Source of the DNA: the human T2T-CHM13v2.0 reference genome, Homo sapiens
Direction: 5' to 3' (one strand)
Length of the DNA stretch: 64,000 bases
NCBI RefSeq assembly: GCF_009914755.1
Contig: NC_060937.1
The notes below the pieces were generated by a model. The model ran no database searches. It was not told where the DNA came from and saw only the letters and a program-made list of their open reading frames with translations. A program made the translations under genes and the position numbers. The number at the start of each line of letters is the position of its first letter. Positions within the stretch are counted from its first letter, which is position 1. Positions 27,937 through 42,897 of this stretch are shown here, piece by piece.

Positions 27937-30900
27937 TTGTGTACTGTACATAATATATTAAATCGCCCAAATATATATTGTATACTGTATATAAAATATG
28001 AAGGTACTTCAAATATATATTATATGCTGCACATAAAATATCAAAGTACCCAAAGTATGCATTACATACTGTACATAAAATATCAAAGTACACAAATTAT
28101 ATATTATATTCTGTACATAAAATATGTAGGTTCATCAAATATATTTTATATTCTGTACATAATATATCAAAGTACATCAAATATATATTATATACGGTAC
28201 ATAAAATATCAAAGTACCCAAAATATGTACTATTTACTGTACATAAAATATGAAAGTAACCAAACTTTTATAATAAACTGTACATAAAATATCAAAGTAC
28301 TCAATCTACATATTATATACAGTATATAAAATATCAAAGTACACAAACTGTATATTATATACTGTACATAATATATCAAAGTACCCAGAATATGTAGCAT
28401 ACTGTACATACAATATCAAAGTACCCAGAATGTATATTGTATACTGTACATAAAATATGAAGGTACATCAAAGATATATTATATTCTGTACATAAAATAT
28501 CAAACTACACCAAATATATATTATATGCTGTACATAATATATTAAAGTTGCCCATGTATACATTTTATACTGTACATAAAATATGAAGGTACATCAAATA
28601 TATAGTATATGCTGCACATAAAATATCAAAGTACCCAAAGTATGTATTATATACTGTACATAAAATATCAAAGTACCAAAAGTATATATTACCTACTGTA
28701 AATAAAATATGAAGATACCTCAAATATATATTATATTCTGTACATGAAATATCAAAGTACACCAAGTATATACTATATACTCTACATAAAATATTAAATT
28801 ACCCAAAATATGTATTGTATTGTGTACATAAAATATGAAAGTAACCAAACATTTATAATAAACTGTACATAAAATATCAAAGTACTCAAACTTTATATTA
28901 TATACTGTACATAAAGTATCAAAGTACCCAAACTGTGTAGTATATACTGTACATAAAATATCAAGGTACCCAAAATGTATATTGTAAACTGTAGATAAAA
29001 TATCAAAGTACCCAAAATATATATTATATACTGTACATAAAATATGAAGGCACATCCAATATATATTATATTCTGTACATAAAATATCAAAGTACACCAA
29101 ATGTATATTATATACTGTACATAAAATATAAAACTACCCCAAATATATCTTATATACTCTACATAAAATATCAAAGTACCCAAAATATATATTATATACT
29201 GTACATAAAATATCAAAGTACCCATAGTATGTATTATATCCTGTACATAAAATATGAAAGTACGTCAAATATATATTCTATTCTGCACATAAAATATCAT
29301 ATTGCACCAAATATATATTGTATACTGTATATAAAATATGAAGGTACTTCAAATATATATTATATGCTGCACATAAAATATCAAAGTACCCAAAGTATGC
29401 ATTATATACTGTACATAAAATATCAAAGTACCCAAAGTGTATATTATATACTGTACATAAAATATGAAGGTTCATCAAATATATTTTATATTCTGCACAT
29501 AATATATCAAAGTACAGCAAATATATATTATATACTGTACATAAAATAACAAAGTACCAAAAATATGTATTATATACTGTACATAAAATATGAAAGTAAC
29601 CAAATATTTATAATAAACTGTATATAAAATATCAAAGTACTCAAACTACATATTATATACAGTATATAAAATATCAAAGTACCCAAACTGTATATTATAT
29701 ACTGTACATACTATATTAAAGTACCCGAATATATAGCATACTGTACATAAAATATCAAATTACCCAAAATATATATTGTATACTGTACATAAAATATGAA
29801 GGTACATCAAAGATATATTATATTCTGTACATAAAATATCAAAGTACACCAAATATATATTATATGCTGTACATAATATATTAAAGTCGACCAAATATAT
29901 ATTATATACTGTACATAAAATATGAAGATACATCAAATATATATTATATGCTGCACATAAAATATCAAAGTACCCAAAGTATGTATTATATACTGTACTT
30001 AAAATATCAAAGTACCCAAAGTATATATTATATACTGTACATAAAATATAAAATACCCCAAATATATATTATATGCTGTACATAAAATATCAAAGTACAC
30101 AAAATATGTATTATGTACTGTACATAAAATATAAAAGGATCCAATATATATATTATATAGTGTACATAAAATATCAAAATACCCAAAATATATATTATAT
30201 ACTGTACATAAAATACCAAAGTACCCAAAGTATATATTATATACCGTACAAAAAATATCAAAGTAGCCAAAATATGTATTATACACTGTACATAATATAT
30301 GAAAGTACCCAAACATTTATAATAAACTGTACATAAAATATCAATGTACTCAAACTATATATTATGTGCGGTACATAAGATATCAAAGTACCCATACTAT
30401 ATAGTATATACTGTACTTAAAATATCAAAATACCCAAAATATATATTATATACGTTATATAAACTATCAAATACACAAAGTATGTATTATATACTGTACA
30501 TAAAATAGCAAAGTTCCCAAAATATGTATTATATACTGTACATAAAATATGAAAGTACCCAACCATTTATAATAAAGTCTACATAAAATACCAAAGTACC
30601 CAAACTGTGTATTATATACTGTCCATAAAATATCAAAGGACCCAAAATATATATCGTAAACTCTACATAAAATATCAAAGTAGCCAAAATACATATTGTA
30701 TACTGTACATAAAATATAAAAGTACCCCAAATATGTATTATATACTGTACATAAAATATCAAAGTACCGATAATACATATTATATACTGTACATAAAATA
30801 TCAGAGGACCCAAAATAAACATTATATACTGTACATAAAATATCCAAATACTCACAATATATATTACATACTGTACATAAAATATCAAAGTACCCAAATT

Positions 30901-31243
30901 ATGTATTATATATTGTACGTAAAATATCAGAGTACCCAAAATATGCATTATATACTGTACATAAAATATGAAAGTAACAATACATTTATAATAAACTGTA
31001 CATAAAATATCAAAGTACTCAAACTATATATCATTTACTGTACATAAAATATCAAAGTACCCAAACTGTGTATTATTATATACTGTATATAAAATATCAA
31101 AGTACCTGAAATATATATTGTATACTGTACATAAAATATCAAAGTACCCAAAATATATACTATATACTGTACATAAAATATGAAGGTACATCAAATATAT
31201 ATTATATCCTGTACATAAAATATCAAAGTACACCTATTATATA
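27937..31243 (+). repeat. Macro-unit B (3307 bp)
   Basis: Marker spacing 3307. It is a close copy of 13224-16530 at offset 14713, with shared GGATCC at 30137. Confidence 0.85.
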
Positions 31244-34200
31244 TTGTGTACTGTACATAATATATTAAATCGCCCAAATATATATTGTATACTGTATATA
31301 AAATATGAAGGTACTTCAAATATATATTATATGCTGCACATAAAATATCAAAGTACCCAAAGTATGCATTACATACTCTACATAAAATATCAAAGTACAC
31401 ATATTATATATTATATAATGTACATAAAATATGAAGGTTCATCAAATATATATTATATTCTGTACATAATATATCAAAGTACATCAAATATATATTATAT
31501 ACGGTACATAAAATATCAAAGTACCAAAAATATGTATTATATACTGTACATAAAACATGAAAGTAACCAAACATTTATAATAAACTGTACATTAAATATC
31601 AAAGTACTCAATGTACATATTATATACAGTATATAAAATATCAAAGTACACAAACTGTATATTATATACTGTACATAATATATCAAAGTACCCAGAATAT
31701 ATAGCATACTGTACATAAAATATCAAAGTACCCAAAATATATATTGTATACTATACATAAAATATGAAGGTACATCAAAGATATATTATATTCTGTACAT
31801 AAAATATCAAACTACACCAAATATATATTATATGCTGTACATAATATATTAAAGTTGCCCATATATGCATTATATACTGTACATAAAATATGAACGTACA
31901 TCAAATATATAGTATATGCTGCACATAAAATATCAAAGTACCCAAAGTATGTATTATACACTGTACATAAAATATCAAAGTACCAAAAGTATATATTACA
32001 TACTGTAAATAAAATATGAAGTTACGTCAAATATATATTATACTCTGTACATAAAATATCAAAGTACACCAAATGTATATTCTATACTGTACATAAAATA
32101 TCAAAGTACCCAAAGTGTATATTATATACTGTACATAAAATATGAAGGTTCATCAAATATATTTTATATTCTGCACATAATATATCAAAGTACAGCAAAA
32201 TATCAAAATACCCAAAATATATATTATATACTGTACATAAAATACCAAAGTACCCTAAGTATATATTATATACTGTATAAAAAATATCAAAGTAGCCAAA
32301 ATATGTATTATACACTGTACATAATATATGAAAGTACCCAAACATTTATAATAAACTGTACATAAAATATCAATGTACTCAAACTATATATTATGTGCGG
32401 TACATAAGATATCAAAGTACCCATACTATATAGTATATACTGTACTTAAAATATCAAAATACCCAAAATATATATTATATACGTTACATAAACTATCAAA
32501 TACACAAAGTATGTATTATATACTGCACATAAAATAGCAAAGTTCCCAAAATATGTATTATATACTGTACATAAAATATGAAAGTACCCAACCATTTATA
32601 ATAAAGTCTACATAAAATACCAAAGTACCCAAACTGTGTATTATATACTGTCCATAAAATATCAAAGTACCCAAAATATATATTGTAAACTCTACATAAA
32701 ATATCAAAGTAGCCAAAATACATATTGTATACTGTACATAAAATATAAAAGTACCCCAAATATATATTATATACTGTACATAAAATATCAAAGTACCCAT
32801 AATACATATTATACACTGTACATAAAATATCAAAGGACCCAAAATAAACATTATATACTGTACATAAACTATTCAAATACTCAAAATATATATTACATAC
32901 TGTACATAAAATATCAAAGTACCCAAATTATGTATTATATACTGTATGTAAAATATCAGAGTACCCAAAATATGCATTATATACTGTACATAAAATATGA
33001 AAGTAACAAAACATTTATAATAAACTGTACATAAAATATCAAAGTACTCAAACTATATATCATATACTGTACATAAAATATCAAAGTACCCAAACTGTGT
33101 ATTATTACATACTTTATATAAAATATCAAAGTACCTGAAATATATATTGTATACTGTACATAAAATATCAAAGTACCCAAAATATATACTATATACTGTA
33201 CATAAAATATGAAGGTACATCAAATATATATTATATCCTGTACATAAAATATCAAAGTACTCCTATTATATATTGTGTACTGTACATAATATATTAAATC
33301 GCCCAAATATATATTGTATACTGTATATAAAATATGAAGGTACTTCAAATATATATTATATGCTGCACATAAAATATCAAAGTACCCAAAGTATGCATTA
33401 CATACTGTACATAAAATATCAAAGTACACAAATTATATATTATATTCTGTACATAAAATATGTAGGTTCATCAAATATATTTTATATTCTGTACATAATA
33501 TATCAAAGTACATCAAATATATATTATATACGGTACATAAAATATCAAAGTACCCAAAATATGTACTATTTACTGTACATAAAATATGAAAGTAACCAAA
33601 CTTTTATAATAAACTGTACATAAAATATCAAAGTACTCAATCTACATATTATATACAGTATATAAAATATCAAAGTACACAAACTGTATATTATATACTG
33701 TACATAATATATCAAAATACCCAGAATATATAGCATACTGTACATACAATATCAAAGTACCCAGAATGTATATTGTATACTGTACATAAAATATGAAGGT
33801 ACATCAAAGATATATTATATTCTGTACATAAAATATCAAACTACACCAAATATATATTATATGCTGTACATAATATATTAAAGTTGCCCATGTATACATT
33901 TTATACTGTACATAAAATATGAAGGTACATCAAATATATAGTATATGCTGCACATAAAATATCAAAGTACCCAAAGTATGTATTATATACTGTACATAAA
34001 ATATCAAAGTACCAAAAGTATATATTACCTACTGTAAATAAAATATGAAGATACCTCAAATATATATTATATTCTGTACATGAAATATCAAAGTACACCA
34101 AGTATATACTATATACTCTACATAAAATATTAAATTACCCAAAATATGTATTGTATTGTGTACATAAAATATGAAAGTAACCAAACATTTATAATAAACT

Positions 34201-37200
34201 GTACATAAAATATCAAAGTACTCAAACTTTATATTATATACTGTACATAAAGTATCAAAGTACCCAAACTGTGTAGTATATACTGTACATAAAATATCAA
34301 GGTACCCAAAATGTATATTGTAAACTGTAGATAAAATATCAAAGTACCCAAAATATATATTATATACTGTACATAAAATATGAAGGCACATCCAATATAT
34401 ATTATATTCTGTACATAAAATATCAAAGTACACCAAATGTATATTATATACTGTACATAAAATATAAAACTACCCCAAATATATCTTATATACTCTACAT
34501 AAAATATCAAAGTACCCAAAATATATATTATATACTGTACATAATATATCAAAGTACCCATAGTATGTATTATATCCTGTACATAAAATATGAAGGTACG
34601 TCAAATATATATTCTATTCTGCACATAAAATATCATATTGCACCAAATATATATTGTATACTGTATATAAAATATGAAGGTACTTCAAATATATATTATA
34701 TGCTGCACATAAAATATCAAAGTACCCAAAGTATGCATTATATACTGTACATAAAATATCAAAGTACCCAAAGTGTATATTATATACTGTACATAAAATA
34801 TGAAGGTTCATCAAATATATTTTATATTCTGCACATAATATATCAAAGTACAGCAAATATATATTATATACTGTACATAAAATAACAAAGTAACAAAAAT
34901 ATGTATTATATACTGTACATAAAATATGAAAGTAACCAAATATTTATAATAAACTGTATATAAAATATCAAAGTACTCAAACTACATATTATATACAGTA
35001 TATAAAATATCAAAGTACCCAAACTATATATTATATACTGTACATACTATATCAAAGTACCCGAATATATAGCATACTGTACATAAAATATCAAAGTACC
35101 CAAAATATATATTGTATACTGTACATAAAATATGAAGGTACATCAAAGATATATTATATTCTGTACATAAAATATCAAAGTACACCAAATATATATTATA
35201 TGCTGTACAGAATATATTAAAGTCGACCAAATGTATATTATATACTGTACATAAAATATGAAGGTACATCAAATATATATTATATGCTGCACATAAAATA
35301 TCAAAGTACCCAAAGTATGTATTATATACTGTACATAAAATATCAAAGTACCCAAAGTATATATTATATACTGTACATAAAATATAAAATACCCCAAATA
35401 TATATTATATCCAGTACATAAAATATCAAAGTACCCAAAATATATATTGTAAACTGTACATAAAATATCAAAGTAGCCAAAATATATATTGTATACTGTA
35501 CATAAAATATAAAAGTACCCCAAATATGTATTATATACTGTACATAAAATATCAAAGTACCGATAATACATATTATATACTGTACATAAAATATCAAAGG
35601 ACCCAAAATAAACATTATATACTGTACATAAAATATCCAAATACTCAAAATATATATTACATACTGTACATAAAATATCAAAGTACCCAAATTATGTATT
35701 ATATACTGTACGTAAAATATCAGAGTACCCAAAATATGCATTATATACTGTACATAAAATATGAAAGTAACAAAACATTTATAATAAACTGTACATAAAA
35801 TATCAAAGTACTCAAACTATATATCATATACTGTACATAAAATATCAAAGTACCCAAACTGTGTATTATTATATACTGTATATAAAATATCAAAGTACCT
35901 GAAATATATATTGTATACTGTACATAAAATATCAAAGTACCCAAAATATATACTATATACTGTACATAAAATATGAAGGTACATAAATATATATTATATC
36001 CTGTACATAAAATATCAAAGTACACCTATTATATATTGTGTACTGTACATAATATATTAAATCGCCCAAATATATATTGTATACTGTATATAAAATATGA
36101 AGGTACTTCAAATATATATTATATGCTGCACATAAAATATCAAAGTACCCAAGGTATGCATTACATACTGTACATAAAATATCAAAGTACACATATTATA
36201 TATTATATAATATACATAAAATATGAAGGTTCATCAAATATATATTATATTCTGTACATAATATATCAAAGTACATCAAATATATATTATATACTGTACA
36301 TAAAATATCAAAGTACCAAAAATATGTATTATATACTGTACATAAAATATGAAAGTAACCAAACATTTATAATATACTGTACATAAAATATCAAAGTACT
36401 CAGTCTACATATTATATACAGTATATAAAATATCAAAGTACACACACTGTATATTATATACTGTACATAATATATCAAAGTACCCAGAATATATAGCATA
36501 CTGTACATAAAATATCAAAGTACCCGAAATATATATGGTATACTGTACATAAAATATGAAGGTACATCAAAGATATATTATATTCTGTACATAAAATATC
36601 AAACTACACCAAATATATATTATATGCTGTACATAATATATTAAAGTTGCCCAAATATACATTCTATACTGTACATAAAATATGAACGTACATCAAATAT
36701 ATAGTATATGCTGCACATAAAATATCAAAGTACCCAAAGTATGTATTATACACTGTACATAAAATATCAAAGTACCAAAAGTATATATTACATACTGTAA
36801 ATAAAATATGAAGGTACCTCAAATATATATTATGTTCTGTACATAAAATATCAAAGTACACCAAGTATATACTATATACTCTGCATAAAATATTAAATTA
36901 CCGACAATATGTATTGTATTGTGTACATAAAATATGAAAGTAACCAAACATTTATAATAAACTGTACATAAAATATCAAAGTACTCAAACTGTATATGAT
37001 ATACTGTACATAAAGTATCAAAGTACCCAAACTGTGTAGTATATTCTGTACATAAAATATCAAGGTACCCAAAATATATATTGTAAACTGTAGATAAAAT
37101 ATCAAAGTACCCAAAATATATATTATATACTGTACATAAAATATGAAGGCACATCCAATATATATTATATTCTGTACATAAAATATCAAAGTACACCAAA

Positions 37201-39926
37201 TGTATATTATATACTGTACATAAAATATCAAAGTACCCAAAGTGTATATTATATACTGTACATAAAATATGAAGGTTCATCAAATATATTTTATATTCTG
37301 CACATAATATATCAAAGTACAGCAAATATATATTATATACTGTACATAAAATATCAAAGTACCCAAAATATGTATTATATACTGTACATAAAATATGAAA
37401 GTAACCAAACATTTATAATAAACTGTACATAAAGTATCAAACTACTCAAACTACATATTATATACAGTATATAAAACGTCAAAGTACCCAAACTGTATAT
37501 TATATACTGTACATAATATATCAAAGTACCCAAATATATAGCATACTGTACATAAAATATCAAAGTACCCAAAATATATATTATATACTGTACATAAAAT
37601 ATCAAAATACCCAAAATATATATTATATACTGTACATAAATTACCAAAGTACCCAAAGTATATATTATGTACCGTACAAAAAATATCAAAGTAGCCAAAA
37701 TATGTATTATACACTGTACTTAATATATGAAAGTACCCAAACATTTATAATAAACTGTAAATAAAATATCAATGTACTCAAACTATATATTATGTGCGGT
37801 ACATAAGATATCAAAGTACCCATGCCATATAGTATATACTGTACTTAAAATATCAAAATACCCAAAATATATATTATATACGTTACATAAACTATCAAAT
37901 ACACAAAGTATGTATTATATACTGTACATAAAATAGCAAAGTTCCCAAAATATGTATTATATACTGTACATAAAATATGAAAGTACCCAACCATTTATAA
38001 TAAACTCTACATAAAATACCAAAGTACCCAAACTGTGTATTATATACTGTCCATAAAATATCAAAAGACCCAAAATATATATTGTAAACTCTACATAAAA
38101 TATCAAAGTAGCCAAAATACATATTGTATACTGTACATAAAATATAAAAGTACCCCAAATATATATTATATACTGTACATAAAATATCAAAGTACCCATA
38201 ATACATATTATATACTGTACATAAAATATCAAAGGACCCAAAATAAACATTATATACTGTACATAAAATATCCAAATACTCAAAATATATATTACATACT
38301 GTACATAAAATATCAAAGTACCCAAATTATGTATTATATACTGTACGTAAAATATCAGAGTACCCAAAATATGCATTATATACTGTACATAAAATATGAA
38401 GGTACATCAAATATATAGTATATGCTGCACATAAAATATCAAAGTACCCAAAATATATATTGTATACTGTACATAAAATATGAAGGTACATCAAAGATAT
38501 ATTTTATCCTGTACATAAAATATCAAAGTGCACCAAATATATATTATATGCTGTACATAATATATTAAAGTCGACCAAATATATATTATATACTGTACAT
38601 AAAATATGAAGGTACCTCAACTATATATTATATGCTGCACATAAAATATCAAAGTACCCAAAGTATGTATTATATACTGTACATAAAATATCAAAGTACC
38701 CAAAGTATATATTATATACTGTACATAAAATATAAAATACCCCAAATATATATTATATGCTGTACATAAAATATCAAAGTACACAAAATATGTATTATGT
38801 ACTGTACATACAATATAAAGGACCCAAAATATATACTATATACTGTACATAAAATATCAAAATACCCAAAATATATATTATATACTGTACATAAAGTACC
38901 AAAGTACCCAAAGTATATATTATATACCGTACAAAAAATATCAAAGTAGCCAAAATATGTATTATACACTGTACATAATATATGAAAGTACCCAAACATT
39001 TATAATAAACTGTACATAAAATATCAATGTACTCAAACTATGTATTATGTGCGGTACATAACATATCAAAGTACCCATACTATATAGTATGTACTGTACT
39101 TAAAATATCAAAATACCCAAAATATATATTATATACGTTACATAAACTATCAAATACACAAAGTATGTATTTTATACTGCACATAAAATAGCAAAGTTCC
39201 CAAAATATGTATTATATACTGTACATAAAATATGAAAGTACCCAACCATTTATAATAAACTCTACATAAAATACCAAAGTACCCAAACTGTGTATTATAT
39301 ACTGTCCATAAAATATCAAAGTACCCAAAATATATATTGTAAACTGTACATAAAATATCAAAGTAGCCAAAATACATATTGTATACTGTACATAAAATAT
39401 GAAAGTACCCCAAATATGTATTATATACTGTACATAAAATATCAAAGTACCCATAATACATATTATATACTGTACATAAAATATCAAAGGACCCAAAATA
39501 AACATTATATACTGTACATAAAATATCCAAATACTCAAAATATATATTACGTACTGTACATAAAATATCAAAGTAACCAAATTATGTATTATATACTGTA
39601 CGTAAAATATCAGAGTACCCAAAATATGCGTTATATACTGTACATAAAATATGAAAGTAACAAAACATTTATAATAAACTGTACATAAAATATCAAAGTA
39701 CTCAAACTATATATCATATACTGTACATAAAATATCAAAGTACCCAAACTGTGTATTATTATATACTGTATATAAAATATCAAAGTACCTGAAATATATA
39801 CTGTATACTGTACATAAAATATCAAAGTACCCAAAATATATACTATATACTGTACATAAAATATGAAGGTACATCAAATATATATTATATCCTGTACATA
39901 AAATATCAAAGTACACCTATTATATA
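31244..39926 (+). repeat. Deleted A-B-A-B super-unit, short derivative (8683 bp = 2029+2763+3891)
   Basis: Markers at 31244, 33273, 36036 and 39927. It shares four deletion junctions with 52525-62671 and has two extra ones (335 bp and 1129 bp). Confidence 0.8.
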
Positions 39927-42897
39927 TTGTGTACTGTACATAATATATTAAATCGCCCAAATATATATTGTATACTGTATATAAAATATGAAGGTACTTC
40001 AAATATATATTACATACTGTACATAAAATATCAAAGTACACATATTATCTATTATATAATGTACATAAAATATGAAGGTTCATCAAATATATATTATATT
40101 CTGTACATAATATATCAAAGTACATCAAATATATATTATATACGGTACATAAAATATCAAATTACCCAAAATATGCATTATTTACTGTACATAAAATATG
40201 AAAGTAACCAAACATTTATAATAAACTGTACATAAATTATCAAAGTACTCAATCTACATATTATATACAGTATATAAAATATCAAAGTACACAAACTGTA
40301 TATTATATACTGTACATAATATATCAAAGTACCCAGAATATATAGCATACTGTACATAAAATATCAAAGTACCCAGAATGTATATTGTATACTGTACATA
40401 AAATATGAAGGTACATCAAAGATATATTATATTCTGTACATAAAATATCAAACTACACCAAATATATATTATATGCTGTACATAATATATTTAAGTTGCC
40501 CATATATACATTATATACTGTACATAAAATATGAACGTACATCAAATATATAGTATATGCTGCACATAAAATATCAAAGTATCCAAAGTATGTATTATAT
40601 ACTGTACATAAAATATCAAAGTACCAAAAGTATATATTACATACTCTAAATAAAATATGAAGGTACCTCAAATATATATTATATTCTATACATAAAATAT
40701 CAAAGTACACCAAGTATATACTATATATTCTGCATAAAATATTAAATTACCCGAAATATGTATTGTATTGTGTACATAAAATATGAAAGTAACCAAACAT
40801 TTATAATAAACTGTACATAAAATATCAAAGTACTCAAACTGTATATTATATACTGTACATAAAGTATCAAAGTACCCAAACTGTGTAGTATATACTGTAC
40901 ATAAAATATCAAGGTACCCAAAATATATATTGTAAACTGTAGATAAAATATCAAAGTACCCAAAATATATATTATATACTGTACATGAAATATGAAGGCA
41001 CATCCAATATATATTATACTCTGTACATAAAATATCAAAGTACACCAAATGTATATTCTATACTGTACATAAAATATCAAAGTACCCAAAGTGTATATTA
41101 TATACTGTACATAAAATATGAAGGTTCATCAAATATATTTTATATTCTGCACATAATATATCAAAGTACAGCAAATACATATTATATACTGTACATAAAA
41201 TATCAAAGTACCCAAAATATGTATTATATACTGTACATAAAATATGAAAGTAACCAAACATTTATAATACACTGTACATAAAGTATCAAAGTACTCAAAC
41301 TACATATTATATACAGCATATAAAATGTCAAAGTACCCATACTGTATATTATATACTGTACATAATATATCAAAGTACCCGAATATATAGCATACTGTAC
41401 ATAAAATATCAAAGTACCCAAAGTGTGTATTATACACTGCACATAAAATATGAAGGTACATAAAATATATATTGTATTCTGTACATAAAATATCAAAGTA
41501 CTCCAAATATATATTATATGCTGTACATAATATATTAAAGTCGCCCAAATATATATTATATACTGTACATAAAATATGAAGGTACGTCAAATATATAGTA
41601 TATGCTGCACATAAAATATCAAAGTACCCAAAGTATGTATTATATACTGTACATAAAATATCAAAGTACCCAAAGTATATATTATATACTGTACATAAAA
41701 TATAAAATACCCCAAATATATATTATGTGCTGTACATAAAATATGAAAGTACACAAAATATGTATTATGTACTGTACATAAAATATCAAAGGACCCAAAA
41801 TATATATTATATACTGTACATAAAATATAAAAATACCCAAAATATATATTATATACTGTACATAAATTACCAAAGTACCCAAAGTATATATTATGTACCG
41901 TACAAAAAATATCAAAGTAGCCAAAATATGTATTATACACTGTACTTAATATATGAAAGTACCCAAACATTTATAATAAACTGTACATAAAATATCAATG
42001 TACTCAAACTATATATTATGTGCGGTACATAAGATATCAAAGTACCCATGCTATATAGTATATACTGTACTTAAAATATCAAAATACCCAAAATATATAT
42101 TATATACGTTACATAAACTATCAAATACACAAAGTATGTATTATATACTGTACATAAAATAGCAAAGTTCCCAAAATATGTATTATATACTGTACATAAA
42201 ATATGAAAGTACCCAACCATTTATAATAAAGTCTACATAAAATACCAAAGTACCCAAACTGTGTATTATATACTGTCCATAAAATATCAAAGGACCCAAA
42301 ATATATATCGTAAACTCTACATAAAATATCAAAGTAGCCAAAATACATATTGTATACTGTACATAAAATATAAAAGTACCCCAAATATATATTATATACT
42401 GTACATAAAATATCAAAGTACCCATAATACATATTATATACTGTACATAAAATATCAAAGGACCCAAAATAAACATTATATACTGTACATAAAATATCCA
42501 AATACTCAAAATATATATTACATACTGTACATAAAATATCAAAGTACCCAAATTATGCATTATATACTGTACGTAAAATATCAGAGTAACCAAAATATGC
42601 ATTATATACTGTACATAAAAAATGAAAGTAACAAAACATTTATAATAAACTGTACATAAAATATCAAAGTACTCAAACTATATATCATATACTGTACATA
42701 AAATATCAAAGTACCCAAACTGTGTATTATTATATACTGTATATAAAATATCAAAGTACCTGAAATATATATTGTATACTGTACATAAAATATCAAAGTA
42801 CCCAAAATATATACTATATACTGTACATAAAATATGAAGGTACATCAAATATATATTATATCCTGTACATAAAATATCAAAGTACTCCTATTATATA
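39927..42897 (+). repeat. Macro-unit A with one monomer deleted (2971 bp), mosaic 5' part
   Basis: Marker spacing 2971 = 3013-42. At ~40000 GGTACTTCAAATATATATTACATACTG joins two normally adjacent monomers. Confidence 0.85.
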
